A stretch of DNA of 64,000 bases, taken from an uncultured Verrucomicrobiae bacterium. GTDB taxonomy: Bacteria; Verrucomicrobiota; Verrucomicrobiia; Chthoniobacterales; Chthoniobacteraceae. Location: the NCBI GenBank assembly GCA_963828525.1, contig CAWHEP010000008.1:1-64000 (forward strand), in the 5' to 3' direction. A program made the position numbers and the translations under genes. Position 1 is the first letter of the stretch, and every line of letters begins with the position of its first letter. Below are positions 19,719-30,625 of this stretch, piece by piece. Under the pieces are notes generated by a model. It did no database searches. It was not told the DNA's origin and worked only from the letters and a program-made list of their open reading frames with translations.

Positions 19719-21001
19719 GGAGTCGCTCTCGCCTGGTATCGCCCCAACGCGAAAAGCGGGGGCAGGATTATCATAAGCCTGAACCAGGGTGAGGGTTCCC
19801 AAGCTTTCCAGAATGGTCCCGCTTCCCACAGCAGAATGGAAATCATCGCGCTAAGCGAGAGGATGCACCATGGATAAACGCGTCTCCAGCAGGCGATGGG
19901 CAGAACCCAAGAGACATACCAGGGGTGCAACGCTGGGCTGAGAAGCAGGGCGGCTCCCAGAATCCAGAGGACACCTCGACGCCAATCGGCGCGGAACTTC
20001 CAACTCAACGCGAGGACGACCACCACGAGAACGACCTCGTAGCGCCCGTTCTGCTGCCCTGGATTCGGCCAAACGGTGGCATCCACCAACCACCACACGA
20101 GATCATTGAACCTGGTGACATTCGCAAATTTTGAAAAAGTCGCCGTCACAACGCCAGCGCCGCCGTATGGCAGAGAGAGAGCGGCAGGAATCATAAGGCT
20201 GAGTGAAAGGACGATGCAGCGTCCGCCAAGAACAAGCGCCCAGATCGGCAGGAGCAAGACCGGCACGGTCTTCAGCGCGATTGCCAAACCGAGAGCCGCG
20301 GCGCTGAAGGCGGACCAGCGCCACGACGGCTTGCCGGCTTCCGCGGCGCGGGCGAGACCGTAGATCGCAAGCACCATGAGACAGACCATGAGGCTGTCGA
20401 AATGCCCACCGCCAGCAGACGCGCACGCGACAGCAGGGTTCCATGCGAACCATTTCCATCCAGGGTTCTGGCCGGGCTGTTCGACAGAGGGATCCCGCAG
20501 CCGCATGAGAAGCGCGAGAATGAGAAAATCGGCGGCGCCAAAAATAGTTTTGAGGACGACGGGAGGCGCCGACACCCACGCGAACGAGCGGAAAAGCAGT
20601 TCGGTTAATGGCGGATAGATCGCCGCAAAATCGGGGTGATTGACGCGATGCCACGCGTCATCCCGCAGCGAGGCAAGGGCGGGATCGCCCGGGCTAAACA
20701 CGTACGGATTGAACCCGCGCAACTGAACTCTTCCCTCCCAGAGGTAGCGCCACATGTCGTCTCCTGGGGGCATCGTGATAACCGCAATGTGAATGGCCAC
20801 GCACCCTATCCAGAGCATCGCGCGGCTCTCCTGCGGCGTGAAGTAAATGGCGAGCAGATAGGCGATGGAAGCAACGCAAAACGTAATAACGAAACGAATT
20901 GGATTCCCCGGGATTCCGAAGTCGCCGAACCGCGAAGCGAAGACAAGCAGCACTACCTCCACTGCCAGAGCAATGCTCCCTGCATGCTTCCTCCCGCGCA
21001 T
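19715..21001 (-). CDS. polytopic GT-C-fold membrane glycosyltransferase-like protein
   Basis: DDMWRYLWEG...NPY, IYPP, AWNP, GHFD and LHPWY motifs, with many TM helices. Confidence 0.7.
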   Translation of the reverse strand: MRGRKHAGSIALAVEVVLLVFASRFGDFGIPGNPIRFVITFCVASIAYLLAIYFTPQESRAMLWIGCVAIHIAVITMPPGDDMWRYLWEGRVQLRGFNPYVFSPGDPALASLRDDAWHRVNHPDFAAIYPPLTELLFRSFAWVSAPPVVLKTIFGAADFLILALLMRLRDPSVEQPGQNPGWKWFAWNPAVACASAGGGHFDSLMVCLMVLAIYGLARAAEAGKPSWRWSAFSAAALGLAIALKTVPVLLLPIWALVLGGRCIVLSLSLMIPAALSLPYGGAGVVTATFSKFANVTRFNDLVWWLVDATVWPNPGQQNGRYEVVLVVVVLALSWKFRADWRRGVLWILGAALLLSPALHPWYVSWVLPIACWRRVYPWCILSLSAMISILLWEAGPFWKAWEPSPWFRLMIILPPLFALGRYQARATP

Positions 21002-23594
21002 CAGGCAACGACTGGCCGCTTCTTTCCAGACAAGTGATCCAGGCCGCATCGCGCGGCGCTCGCGACCACGAGATCAGCAAGACGCGCTTTGAGCCGGTAA
21101 GCCCGCGAGAACAGGATGAAGACGAAGAGGAGATAGAATGAGAGCAGAACGACGTCATGCCGGCCCAGGAAGATCGCCCGAAAGGAGAGGAAACAGATGA
21201 TCGGGACATTTACCAGGAAGGTGGTAACCACCATCTTGTGACCGAGTTTTACCCTGGTCAGGCATTTGGGTCCGCCGTGATATTCGGTCACAGTCTGGAG
21301 AGTGGTAATCCACCAGAAATTTCCATAGATTTGGACGTCCCAGTCCTCCCAGCCTGTGTCAGAAGAGTAACGCCAGCCTTCTGTTTCCAGTAACGAAAAG
21401 ACTTCTGTGAGGAGTTTCTCCCGGCCGATGCCCGCCTCGTTCCAGAAGTTAAGCTTTGAGACACTTCCCCCTTTCCTGCCAACGGCCAGGTTGGCCTCAG
21501 GAGCCGCGATCACGGATCTTGGCGTGCGTTTGAATTTGAGCCAGGTAAAATACCTGGCCCAACCTCTTCCGAGAGGCTGCATGAACGCCAGAAAGGTCAC
21601 TAATAATCGCGCGAGGATGGTGTCGAATTTTGGCTCAAGTCGCGCGTGGATCATGTACGAGAGGGCGACGAGGAAGGTTCCGCCAAACATGAGATAGGGA
21701 ACGATGCGAAGAGCGGGAAAGGGAACCGCAAGCGCAAAAACGACTGCCGTGAGAAACACCCACTCAATGCTGCTGAGATACGCCGCCACATCGGACTGTG
21801 GCGTAGGATAAATCGACTGGAACAAGCCCTGGCCGAAAATGCCGTGATAGATGATCGGGCGCGTAATGAGCCACGTGAAGCGCGGAGCGCCGTAGACCGT
21901 GCCCTTCCACTTTGCGGTGCCGGTCGGACCGAAGAATACGAGGTGCTTGAAGCGCAGCATCGACTCCGCTTCTCCATATCCTTCCTGCTGCTTTCGGAAT
22001 GCCTTGAGAGTAAAGCGTCTATAATGCCAGACGATGGCGGCGGGACTAAAGGCGATCACCTGCCCCTCCTGCTGAAGACGCCAACAAAAATCCACGTCGT
22101 CCCCTGCTTTCCTATATTCGGGGTCAAAGCCTCCTATCTTATCAAAGGCCCACCGGTAGAAGGCCATGTTACAGCCGGGAATATGCTCAGCCACGACGTC
22201 GGAAAGAGGCACATGGCTCGGACCGCCCGGCGCGGCGGCGACACAAGCTTGCACCCAGCTTTCGGCGGGAGGCGACACGTTCGGGCCTCCCACTCCCGCG
22301 TAGTCGCCGCTGAGAAGCGTGCCGACCAGATAGTAAAGCCAGTCGGGATCAGCCATGCAGTCGGAGTCGGTATAGGCAATAACCTCGCCGGTGCGAAGCG
22401 GCCGCGCCCGCGTTCCGGGCGATAACTCAAGCCGTTGTTGGACTGCTCGATATTGTGGACGAGCGGAAATTTCGCGACGATCTCCTGTGTATTATCCTTC
22501 GAGCCGTCATCCACGAGGATCACCTCGAAATCGGGATAGTCGATCTTCAGTAGCGAGTCAGGCAGGCCTCGAAGGTTCGTGCCCCGTTGTAGGAGCAGAC
22601 AATGACGGAGACGCGCGGGTAGCGGCTCAGCTTCACCCGTTGCGTGATGGGATCCTTCCCGCCAAGCCTCGCGCAAGGTGAACGAAGGCCTTCTTCGGCA
22701 CCCGGTCGCGAGTCACCAGACCGAAGGCCCAATCGGTGATCTCCGAGTTGCCGGTAAACCATTCGTCAGTCCAGGAGAAAAAGATCGTTCCGGCAACGCC
22801 ACCTTTCACAACGCTCTCGACGTGCCACGACAGCATCTCCGCCTGCTCCTCCTCGGTATGGCGAATCGTATCCATCCCGAATTCTCCCATGATGAGGGGG
22901 CGATCCTCGGCCAGGTTCTGCAACCTCGCCAGGTAGCGCTCAAACTCAATTTGTCGGTGGAGATAGACGTTGAATGTGTAGAAATCGACGTTCTGGGGCA
23001 GGAGATATTCCGTGGGGGGGTAGCTGGCGTAGGAGTAGAGAGGGCGCGGGTCGATTTCACGGGCCAGGTTGATGAGGTGCTCGACGAAATATGTGACCCT
23101 CTTCGCGCCCAGCCAGCGCACCATCGTCGTCGGTATTTCGTTTCCGACGAGGTATCCAAAGATTGCCTCGTGCCCTTTGTTGCGTCCTACGGCTTCTTTG
23201 ATGCTGCGCGTGATCTGCGAACGAATCTTGCGGTCATTGAGGAACTCCACATGCTCCGCCCAAGGAACGGAGATTAAGAACGCGCAGGCCATGGGCACGG
23301 CAGAGATCAAGAAACCAGCCGGGCGGAACATGGTAGATGCGCAGGAGATTGATCCCCAATCCCGCGCATGAGGCGAAAATCCTCCTCCACTCGCGCGGGA
23401 GGCGGCAGATAGTTGCCATCGGCGTCCGGCTTAAACGGGCCGTATGTGACGCCCTTTACGAAGAATTTCTTCGCGCCCTCAAAGAAGAATTTCGCCTGAA
23501 CGCGGATAGGCTCCAGCGTTCCCAGAGACGTGATCGTGCCGGGGTCAAGCTGTCCACGCGGGAGCCGCGCGGCCTGGGGATCTGTTCCGGTCAT
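21001..23594 (-). CDS. glycoside-hydrolase TIM-barrel (GH2-like) fused to a family 2 glycosyltransferase with C-terminal TM helices (several frameshifts)
   Basis: N-terminal KGVTYGPF, VGNE and MGEFG motifs. The GT2 part has VSVIVCSYNG, VDDGSKD, IPGCNMAF and GDDVDFCWR. Confidence 0.8.
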
Positions 23595-23595
23595 C

Positions 23596-24879
23596 CTACG
23601 AACCACTCGAGCGAAGCGCCCGCCGGATGATCTCGCCCGTGGCATCGATATCTTCCTCGCGATGGGCCACTGAGATGAAGCCCGTTTCAAAAGGAGACGG
23701 CGCAAGATAAACGCCGCCAGCAAGACAGGCGTGGAAGAACGCTGAAAAGGCGGACCGATTCGAGCGGAGCGCCGAGGCAAGATCGAACACCTCCGTTGCT
23801 CCGAAAAAGAGACAAAACATGGAACCGATCCGATGAAAGACCGCTGGATGTGAGGCTCCGAGCATAGCATCCCGAACATACCCTTCGAGCCGGGCTCCCA
23901 GCGCCTCCAACACCGCCCATCCGTCGAGGCGTTCCATCTCGCGCAACTGGGCGAGTCCTGCCGCCATCGCGAGCGGATTCCCAGAAAGAGTTCCAGCCTG
24001 ATACACGGGCCCGTCCGGCGCGAGGAACGCCATCACGTCAGCCCGTCCCCCGAACGCGCCGACAGGGAGTCCGCCTCCGATCACTTTCCCCAGCGCGGTC
24101 AGGTCCGGGGTTATCCCATAGATCTGCTGCGCGCCCCCCCGCGCGACACGGAAGCCAGTCATGACTTCATCAAAGATCAGCAAGGCACCGCTCGCATCGC
24201 AGAGCGCCTTTATTTTTTCGAGAAAGCCGGGCCGTGGAAAAAATAATCCGGCATTGGCGGGAATCGGCTCCAGTATGACGCCCGCAATCGCATTTACCCG
24301 GAAGGCTTCCTCAAGCGCATCGATGTCATTGAAAGGCAGGGTAATTGTCAGATCCGCGAAGGCTTGCGGCACTCCCGCGCTGTCGGGCTGGCCGTGTGTA
24401 AGCGCGCCGCTTCCCGCTTTTACGAGGAGGGAGTCGACGTGTCCATGGTAGCAACCTTCAAATTTGATGATCTTGTCGCGCCCCGTAAACCCCCTTGCGA
24501 GCCTTATGCAAGACATGGTGGCCTCCGTTCCGCTGTTTACCATTCGGACTTTTTGGATGGAGGGCACCCAGTCGCAAATGAGGGCAGCCATTTCGACCTC
24601 AAGCGGGTTCGGTATGCCGAAACTGACTCCCCGCCGCGCCGTCTCTTCAATAGCCTTCAGGACTACTGTTGGCGCGTGGCCCAGAATAGCCGGACCCCAC
24701 GTGCCCACGTAGTCAATCATCTCATGCCCATCAACATCCCAAATGCGGCAGCCGCTTGCGCGCTCCACAAAGAAAGGCTCCCCTCCTACGCCACGAAAAG
24801 CGCGAACAGGGGAATTGACCCCTCCCGGGATCAGATTGCACGCAGTCCGAAACAGCTCGGCAGAACGGGAGGTCTCCAT
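23596..24879 (-). CDS. hemL: glutamate-1-semialdehyde 2,1-aminomutase
   Basis: PGGVNSPVRAF, NSGTEAT, GCYHGHVD, FDEVMTGFR, GKVIGGGLP and YQAGTLSGNP motifs. Confidence 0.97.
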   Translation of the reverse strand: METSRSAELFRTACNLIPGGVNSPVRAFRGVGGEPFFVERASGCRIWDVDGHEMIDYVGTWGPAILGHAPTVVLKAIEETARRGVSFGIPNPLEVEMAALICDWVPSIQKVRMVNSGTEATMSCIRLARGFTGRDKIIKFEGCYHGHVDSLLVKAGSGALTHGQPDSAGVPQAFADLTITLPFNDIDALEEAFRVNAIAGVILEPIPANAGLFFPRPGFLEKIKALCDASGALLIFDEVMTGFRVARGGAQQIYGITPDLTALGKVIGGGLPVGAFGGRADVMAFLAPDGPVYQAGTLSGNPLAMAAGLAQLREMERLDGWAVLEALGARLEGYVRDAMLGASHPAVFHRIGSMFCLFFGATEVFDLASALRSNRSAFSAFFHACLAGGVYLAPSPFETGFISVAHREEDIDATGEIIRRALRSSGS

Positions 24880-24923
24880 GAGGCGCGCATTCTAGAGCAA
24901 CATCCCGGGATTGGCTCGTAGAT

Positions 24924-25709
24924 TTATCGATCGCGGATCATCGTCGCGGCGGGCAGGAACCGGGTGCATTTCCCCCTGCCGCTGGCAATGGCGCCAATTT
25001 GCCTGGGTTTCCGACCATTGCCGATGACCGTCGGAATGCCGGCATCCACAGCGACTTTCACAGCCTGGAGTTTGGCAACCATGCCCCCGACGGACAGCTT
25101 TCCTTTTTCGTCTGTGGCGAAGCGGGAGGCGGCGTCAATATCCGTAACTACGGGGATCACACCGCCCGCAGGGTCGAGCAAACCGTCGACGCTCGTGAGT
25201 ATGATGAGAAGTTCAGCGCCCGCCATTATGGCAACCTCGGCGGACAGGCGGTCATTGTCTCCGAATCTCAACTCCTCCACTGCGACAGAATCGTTCTCAT
25301 TTATGATCGGAACCACAACGCGGCGGTCGAGCAATCGGTTCAGAGTGTTCTGAACGTTGCGATACCGCGTCCTGCTATCGAGATCGCCATGAGTGAGGAG
25401 CAACTGCGCGACGTTCAGATTGTGAGCGCCAAAATGGGTCTCGTAGAGCTGCATGAGTTTGGACTGGCCAACGGCCGCGCACGCCTGCACAGATGGGAGG
25501 TCGGTGGGACGCTGTTTCAAGCCGAGGACGCTCATCCCTGCGCCGACCGCTCCGCTCGACACAACGACGCATTCATTCCCAGCGAGGACGAGTTTTGCCA
25601 CTTCCGATGTAAGACCTCCAAATTGGGAGTCATCGAGCGACTCGCCACGAGCGCGGGTGAGGATGCCGGTGCCGAATTTGAGGACGATGCGTTTGCCTGT
25701 TGGAGCCAT
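24924..25709 (-). CDS. proB: glutamate 5-kinase (short form without PUA domain)
   Basis: VLKFGT, VSSGAVGAG, AAVGQ, IINENDSV and FGDNDRL motifs. Confidence 0.93.
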   Translation of the reverse strand: MAPTGKRIVLKFGTGILTRARGESLDDSQFGGLTSEVAKLVLAGNECVVVSSGAVGAGMSVLGLKQRPTDLPSVQACAAVGQSKLMQLYETHFGAHNLNVAQLLLTHGDLDSRTRYRNVQNTLNRLLDRRVVVPIINENDSVAVEELRFGDNDRLSAEVAIMAGAELLIILTSVDGLLDPAGGVIPVVTDIDAASRFATDEKGKLSVGGMVAKLQAVKVAVDAGIPTVIGNGRKPRQIGAIASGRGKCTRFLPAATMIRDR

Positions 25710-25728
25710 GTGGAAAGGGGGGTGTTAG

Positions 25729-26664
25729 TTAGCCACGAGGCGGACGTCTGTTCAACCACCACGTTTTTAGATAAGCGTCGCCGGTGAATTCCGGCGGCAT
25801 CGAGGCTGACGCCGCGATGAAGGAGTCCGGATTCCGGAGGCCCTGGAAGATCAGCTTATGAAACTGAGTGGCACCCAGACTGCGCTGATTGGTTGAGCAA
25901 AGAAGGGTTCCAGAACTTGTCAGGATGTTTTCAGACAGGGTGACCAATTCGGGCATCCTCGTCTCGATGGTAAAGACGCGGCCTTTGTCGTCGCGGGAGA
26001 AAGTCGGGGGGTCGAGGATGATCAGATCGAACGATTTGCCGCGCTTTGCGAAACGTTTCAGCCATTCAAAGACATCCCCGCGCAGGAACTCGTGAGCCGA
26101 GGGGTCAATACCGTTCAGGAGGTAATTCTCCTTGCCCCATTCAAGGTAGCGCCTGGATAGATCGATATTTACTGTTTCCGCTCCCCCGGCGGCGGCGCGC
26201 GCGCCAAAGGCGCAGGTATACGCAAAACAATTGAGCGTTCGCCTGTTCGAAGCCAACCCACCTACGCGGGCGCGATTCAGACGCTGATCAAGGAAAAGTC
26301 CCTGGGAATAGCCCGCGTTGAAGTCAATCCAGTAGCTGATGCCTGCTTCCTTGACTACAAACGGGCTGTCGAGCTTTTGCCCAGCAATCCACGCGGGAGC
26401 GGCGTTATCTCCAAGCTTTTTCCAGTAGATCGAATTTGGGGAGGCGCCGCTGATTGAACAAGACTTCAACCATGCGGGGAAGTTTCCCTCGCGACTTTGC
26501 GCCAGCCAGTTACCGTTGAAATCATCCACTTCCACTCCATCGACGGCATCCCCTCCCCCGTCGAGAATTCGCAAAGCGTCGGTATCTGTGGCGCGCAAGG
26601 CTTCACGCGCCCTGGCGGAACGCGCAAAACGATCAAACACGGATTGCAATATTGTGGTCTCCAT
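25729..26664 (-). CDS. RlmI/RlmK-like class I SAM-dependent rRNA methyltransferase
   Basis: GLFLDQR, LNCFAYT, DLSRRYLEW and ILDPPTF motifs. Confidence 0.85.
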   Translation of the reverse strand: METTILQSVFDRFARSARAREALRATDTDALRILDGGGDAVDGVEVDDFNGNWLAQSREGNFPAWLKSCSISGASPNSIYWKKLGDNAAPAWIAGQKLDSPFVVKEAGISYWIDFNAGYSQGLFLDQRLNRARVGGLASNRRTLNCFAYTCAFGARAAAGGAETVNIDLSRRYLEWGKENYLLNGIDPSAHEFLRGDVFEWLKRFAKRGKSFDLIILDPPTFSRDDKGRVFTIETRMPELVTLSENILTSSGTLLCSTNQRSLGATQFHKLIFQGLRNPDSFIAASASMPPEFTGDAYLKTWWLNRRPPRG

Positions 26665-26682
26665 CCTTAACTACCTGAACCA

Positions 26683-28647
26683 ATGAGCGAACTAAAATCC
26701 CTCCTCCACAGCGCTGTCGAGTCCGGCAAGCTGCTCGACGCCGCGGCGCGCAACATCCTCCAGTTGCTGGAGCAAAGCAATTCACCGCTGTATCGAGCGA
26801 GCGTGGACGAGCTGGTTTCAGCCGGGCAGTGGGCTGAACTCAACGACCGGTTCTATAAGACACTCGCGTTCGGCACAGGGGGTCTTCGAGGGCGCACCAT
26901 CGGACGCGTTGTCACCAAGGCGGAAGAAGGCGCGCCCGCGGCGCTGGGGCGCCCGGAGCACCCCTGCGTTGGCACCAACGCGATGAACTTCTTCAATATC
27001 AGTCGCGCCACTCAAGGACTGGCGGCGTATTTGAAAGATTGGTTCTCCAAGGAGAAGATCCCGGGCAAACCGAAGATTTGCATAGCGCATGACACACGCC
27101 ACTTTTCGCGGGATTTCGCGGAGCTCGCGGCCAAAGTCGGGACGGAGAACGGCTGCGATGTCTTCCTGTTCGCCGCGCCACGCTCCACGCCAGAGCTTTC
27201 GTTTGCGGTTCGCCATACGGATTCGCATGCGGGGATCGTGATCACCGCGAGCCACAACCCTCCTCACGATAATGGATACAAAGTGTATTTCGCTGACGGG
27301 GCTCAAGTGGTTGAGCCGCACGCGAGCGGAATCATCGAGAAGGTAAACGCCGTGGCATCCGATGTATATGAACCGGCGTCTGCAGGGGAGCAGGGAAGAC
27401 TGCTGAGTCTTGGGGAGGAGATTGACGAAGCCTATATGACACGGCTTGGCACTCTCCTGCTGGAGCCGGACATGGTGGCGAAGCAGAAGGATCTGAAGGT
27501 CGTCTTTACCCCGCTTCACGGCACGGGAGCCGAGATCATACGGCCAATGCTAGGGAAGCTGGGCTTTGCGTTCCAGATTGTTCCAGAACAGGAAGACCAC
27601 GATGGGCGGTTCCCGACCGTAAAGTCGCCAAATCCGGAAAACGCGGAAGCCCTCTCTCTCGCGATAGAGCTGGCGGAAAAGGTCGGAGCGGACCTGGTGG
27701 TCGCGACAGACCCGGATTGCGACCGCATGGGAGTTGCGTATCGAAACGCGGGCGGCGGAATGGAGCTACTGACGGGGAACCAAATCGGGTCGCTCATGGC
27801 GTGGTATCGCGGGACAAAGCTTCTGGAACAAGGAGTGCTAAACCCTGGAAATCTTGATCGAGCTGTGATCATCAAGACCTTCGTTACGACCGATTTGCAA
27901 AAAGCGATCGCCCGCAAGCTGGGCATTCGGTGTGTGGAAACTCTCACCGGATTTAAATACATCGGCGAGAAACTTGGGAAATACGAGAACGCGCTGCCGG
28001 AATCCGTGAAGGAGAATTACCGATCTCTGAGCGAGCAGGAAACGCGTCGTCTGCGGCTGGAGTGTTCCACCTATTATGTGTTTGGGGGTGAGGAAAGTTA
28101 CGGTTACAGCGGGGCCGATTTTGTTCGGGACAAGGACGCTAACGGCGCGACGGTGATGTTTGCAGAAGTGGCCGCGTATGCCAAGTCGCAGGGGCTCACA
28201 TTGGACGCGTTACTCGACCGCATCTACGCGGAGTTCGGCTTCTATCTGGAGAATAATGGCTCAATGACGTTTGAAGGAGCGGAAGGAGCAACGAAGATCA
28301 AAAAATTGGTCGAATCGTACTCGGCGAACCCGCCCGAGGAGGCGGATGGCAGCCGCATTCGAGAGATGAGGAACTTCGCAGAAGAAATGATCCTTGATGT
28401 GGAAGGTGATAAAATTCCGTCCGAAAAGATGTTGATGTTCGATCTCGAGGATGGGAGGCGTGTGGCGGTACGCCCGTCAGGAACAGAGCCAAAGATCAAG
28501 TATTATATGTTCGCCTCCTCAGAACCGCAGAGTGGGAAAAGTTTTTCCATGGAAGAACTCCGCCGTATCAAAGGCGGCGTAAAAGAGTCTCTCTCGCGGC
28601 TGTGGAACTGGCTGCAGACGGACGCGAAAGCCCGGCTGGAGACTTAA
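26683..28647 (+). CDS. pgm: phosphoglucomutase/phosphomannomutase (alpha-D-phosphohexomutase)
   Basis: FGTGGLRG, TASHNP (phospho-Ser), DPDCDR, GEESYG and RPSGTEPKIK motifs. Confidence 0.93.
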   Translation: MSELKSLLHSAVESGKLLDAAARNILQLLEQSNSPLYRASVDELVSAGQWAELNDRFYKTLAFGTGGLRGRTIGRVVTKAEEGAPAALGRPEHPCVGTNAMNFFNISRATQGLAAYLKDWFSKEKIPGKPKICIAHDTRHFSRDFAELAAKVGTENGCDVFLFAAPRSTPELSFAVRHTDSHAGIVITASHNPPHDNGYKVYFADGAQVVEPHASGIIEKVNAVASDVYEPASAGEQGRLLSLGEEIDEAYMTRLGTLLLEPDMVAKQKDLKVVFTPLHGTGAEIIRPMLGKLGFAFQIVPEQEDHDGRFPTVKSPNPENAEALSLAIELAEKVGADLVVATDPDCDRMGVAYRNAGGGMELLTGNQIGSLMAWYRGTKLLEQGVLNPGNLDRAVIIKTFVTTDLQKAIARKLGIRCVETLTGFKYIGEKLGKYENALPESVKENYRSLSEQETRRLRLECSTYYVFGGEESYGYSGADFVRDKDANGATVMFAEVAAYAKSQGLTLDALLDRIYAEFGFYLENNGSMTFEGAEGATKIKKLVESYSANPPEEADGSRIREMRNFAEEMILDVEGDKIPSEKMLMFDLEDGRRVAVRPSGTEPKIKYYMFASSEPQSGKSFSMEELRRIKGGVKESLSRLWNWLQTDAKARLET

Positions 28648-28657
28648 GGCGCAAGCG

Positions 28658-28966
28658 ATGGGGAGAGAAATTCAACTGGAAGGCGGCGAGGTGAGCGTCT
28701 TGAAAGCAATCGGGCTTGGTGGAACGCATGTGACCGGCGAGATGTTGATCGAGAAGATGCCTGAGTTGGAGGTTGTTGAACTCATCGACACCTTGCGTGG
28801 TTTGATGATGCAGGGATTTCTGCTTGCCGATAAGCAGTCGTTTTACGCCAAGGAAGACCTGGAACGCACTACGTTTCACGTAAACTCTGGATACAGCCGC
28901 GAACTTCGAGAGGCGATTGACCCGCGGCAGCGCAAGCAGACGAGCCGGCGCCGCCGGCGAGAGTGA
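28658..28966 (+). CDS. small hypothetical protein, possibly winged-helix-like, with Arg-rich tail
   Basis: 102-aa ORF filling the gap between pgm and lnt in the same orientation. Confidence 0.65.
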   Translation: MGREIQLEGGEVSVLKAIGLGGTHVTGEMLIEKMPELEVVELIDTLRGLMMQGFLLADKQSFYAKEDLERTTFHVNSGYSRELREAIDPRQRKQTSRRRRRE

Positions 28967-29017
28967 ATACCGGACTTTGGGTCCGTGTGGAAGGCGCTTC
29001 TGGGTTGTATTCCCGCA

Positions 29018-30625
29018 ATGACAGGTAAATCAGCGGGCAAAACCGCCATTCGCTCCGCATGGGCTGAATCATGGTGGCCTTGGGGCGCTGCTGTGACAAG
29101 CGGCCTCCTGCTGGCGGGATGCTTTCCGCCATGGAACCAGGAATGGTTATGCTGGATCGCGCTGACACCGCTGATCAGCGCAATCTGGTTTTCGCGCAAC
29201 TGGGGCGCGCGAGATTGGGTGAGGTGCCTCGGCTTGGGTTATTGCGCTGGATTGACCTTCTTCTGGGTTGTATTCCGCTGGCTCACGACTGTTACCGCCC
29301 CGGGATGGTTCGCGCTGGCTTTTTACCTCGCTCTCTACATTGCGTTCTGGGGATGGGTGCTTGGTCTTTGCAGGATCACGCAGGAGCGTCTGTTACAATC
29401 CCGCGGCAATCTTTGGCTCGCCTTCGTCGGAGCGTCGGCCTGGACAGCGCAGGAATGGGCGCGGGGCGTCGTATTCAGCGGGTTCGGCTGGAACGGACTC
29501 GGAATCGCGCTCTACAGGGAGATTCCGCTGATCCAAATCACAGACATTACCGGCGTACTGGGTCTATCTTTTTTGATCGCCTTCTGCAACATCATCGCCG
29601 CGGTCACGGTCCGTCGCTTTGCGCTGGAAGTAAAGAATGGCAAGCTGCGCCCGCATTTCGATTTCACTCTCACCATGATTGGGGTTGTTCTCGTTTTCCT
29701 GTACGGCATCCGCAAGTTACAGCAGCAAGAAAGCGCGGTGGCATTTCGGGTCGCCGCTGTGCAGGCGAACATCCCGCAGGACGAGAAGTTTAACGAGGAG
29801 GCGGAGCAGAAGGTTTTCGACCGTTTCACAGCACTAACCAAGTTGGCGATTGCAAGCCGCCCGCAATTGCTTATCTGGCCCGAATCTTCAACCCCCAGGG
29901 GTATTTTTTCTGATCAGGTAAACTTCGACTTTGTCTCAGGTATCGCGCAACAAGGAAACTTCGACTTCCTGCTAGGCAGCGTGGATTACGAGCCGGAAGG
30001 AGACTACAATGCCGCCTTTCTTCTAACTGACCACGCCAAGGCGTACCAAAGCTATCGCAAGATCCATCTGGTCCCGTTTGGCGAGTTCGTGCCTTTTCGA
30101 AAGTCGTTCCCACTGTTCGCGATGATCGCGGGGTCCAAGGTGCCGGGCGATTTTAACGCCGGGAAAGATTACACGGTGATGCGCGCCACTTCCTCCCCGG
30201 AGATAAAGCTGGCGACGCTCATCTGCTTCGAAGACAGCATTGGCGACCTGACCCGGCGCTTCGTGCTAAACGGCGCCCAGCTACTGGTAAATATCACTAA
30301 TGATGGATGGTTCCAGAAGTCCGAAGGATCGGATCAACATCTGGCGAACTGCCTTTTCCGGGCTGTAGAAACAAGACGCCCGCTGGTTCGGTGCGCCAAC
30401 ACGGGAGTGACGTGCCTGATCGATACGCGCGGTAGGATCAAGCAAACCCTATCTACGCCCAAGGGCAATCACTTTATTGAAGGAGTCCTCGCGGGGGAAA
30501 TACGAGTCCCAACAGATCGCAGCTTAACATTCTACACGCGGCATGGTGACGTAATCGTATTTCCCTCCCTAGCAGCGGTGGCGTTATTCGTGATGGGCGT
30601 CTGGAGACGCCGAAGCCGGGCGTGA
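29018..30625 (+). CDS. lnt: apolipoprotein N-acyltransferase
   Basis: TM-rich N-terminus, nitrilase triad WPES / KIHLVPFGEFVP / LICFE, plus TNDGWF and RAVE..R motifs. Confidence 0.95.
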   Translation: MTGKSAGKTAIRSAWAESWWPWGAAVTSGLLLAGCFPPWNQEWLCWIALTPLISAIWFSRNWGARDWVRCLGLGYCAGLTFFWVVFRWLTTVTAPGWFALAFYLALYIAFWGWVLGLCRITQERLLQSRGNLWLAFVGASAWTAQEWARGVVFSGFGWNGLGIALYREIPLIQITDITGVLGLSFLIAFCNIIAAVTVRRFALEVKNGKLRPHFDFTLTMIGVVLVFLYGIRKLQQQESAVAFRVAAVQANIPQDEKFNEEAEQKVFDRFTALTKLAIASRPQLLIWPESSTPRGIFSDQVNFDFVSGIAQQGNFDFLLGSVDYEPEGDYNAAFLLTDHAKAYQSYRKIHLVPFGEFVPFRKSFPLFAMIAGSKVPGDFNAGKDYTVMRATSSPEIKLATLICFEDSIGDLTRRFVLNGAQLLVNITNDGWFQKSEGSDQHLANCLFRAVETRRPLVRCANTGVTCLIDTRGRIKQTLSTPKGNHFIEGVLAGEIRVPTDRSLTFYTRHGDVIVFPSLAAVALFVMGVWRRRSRA

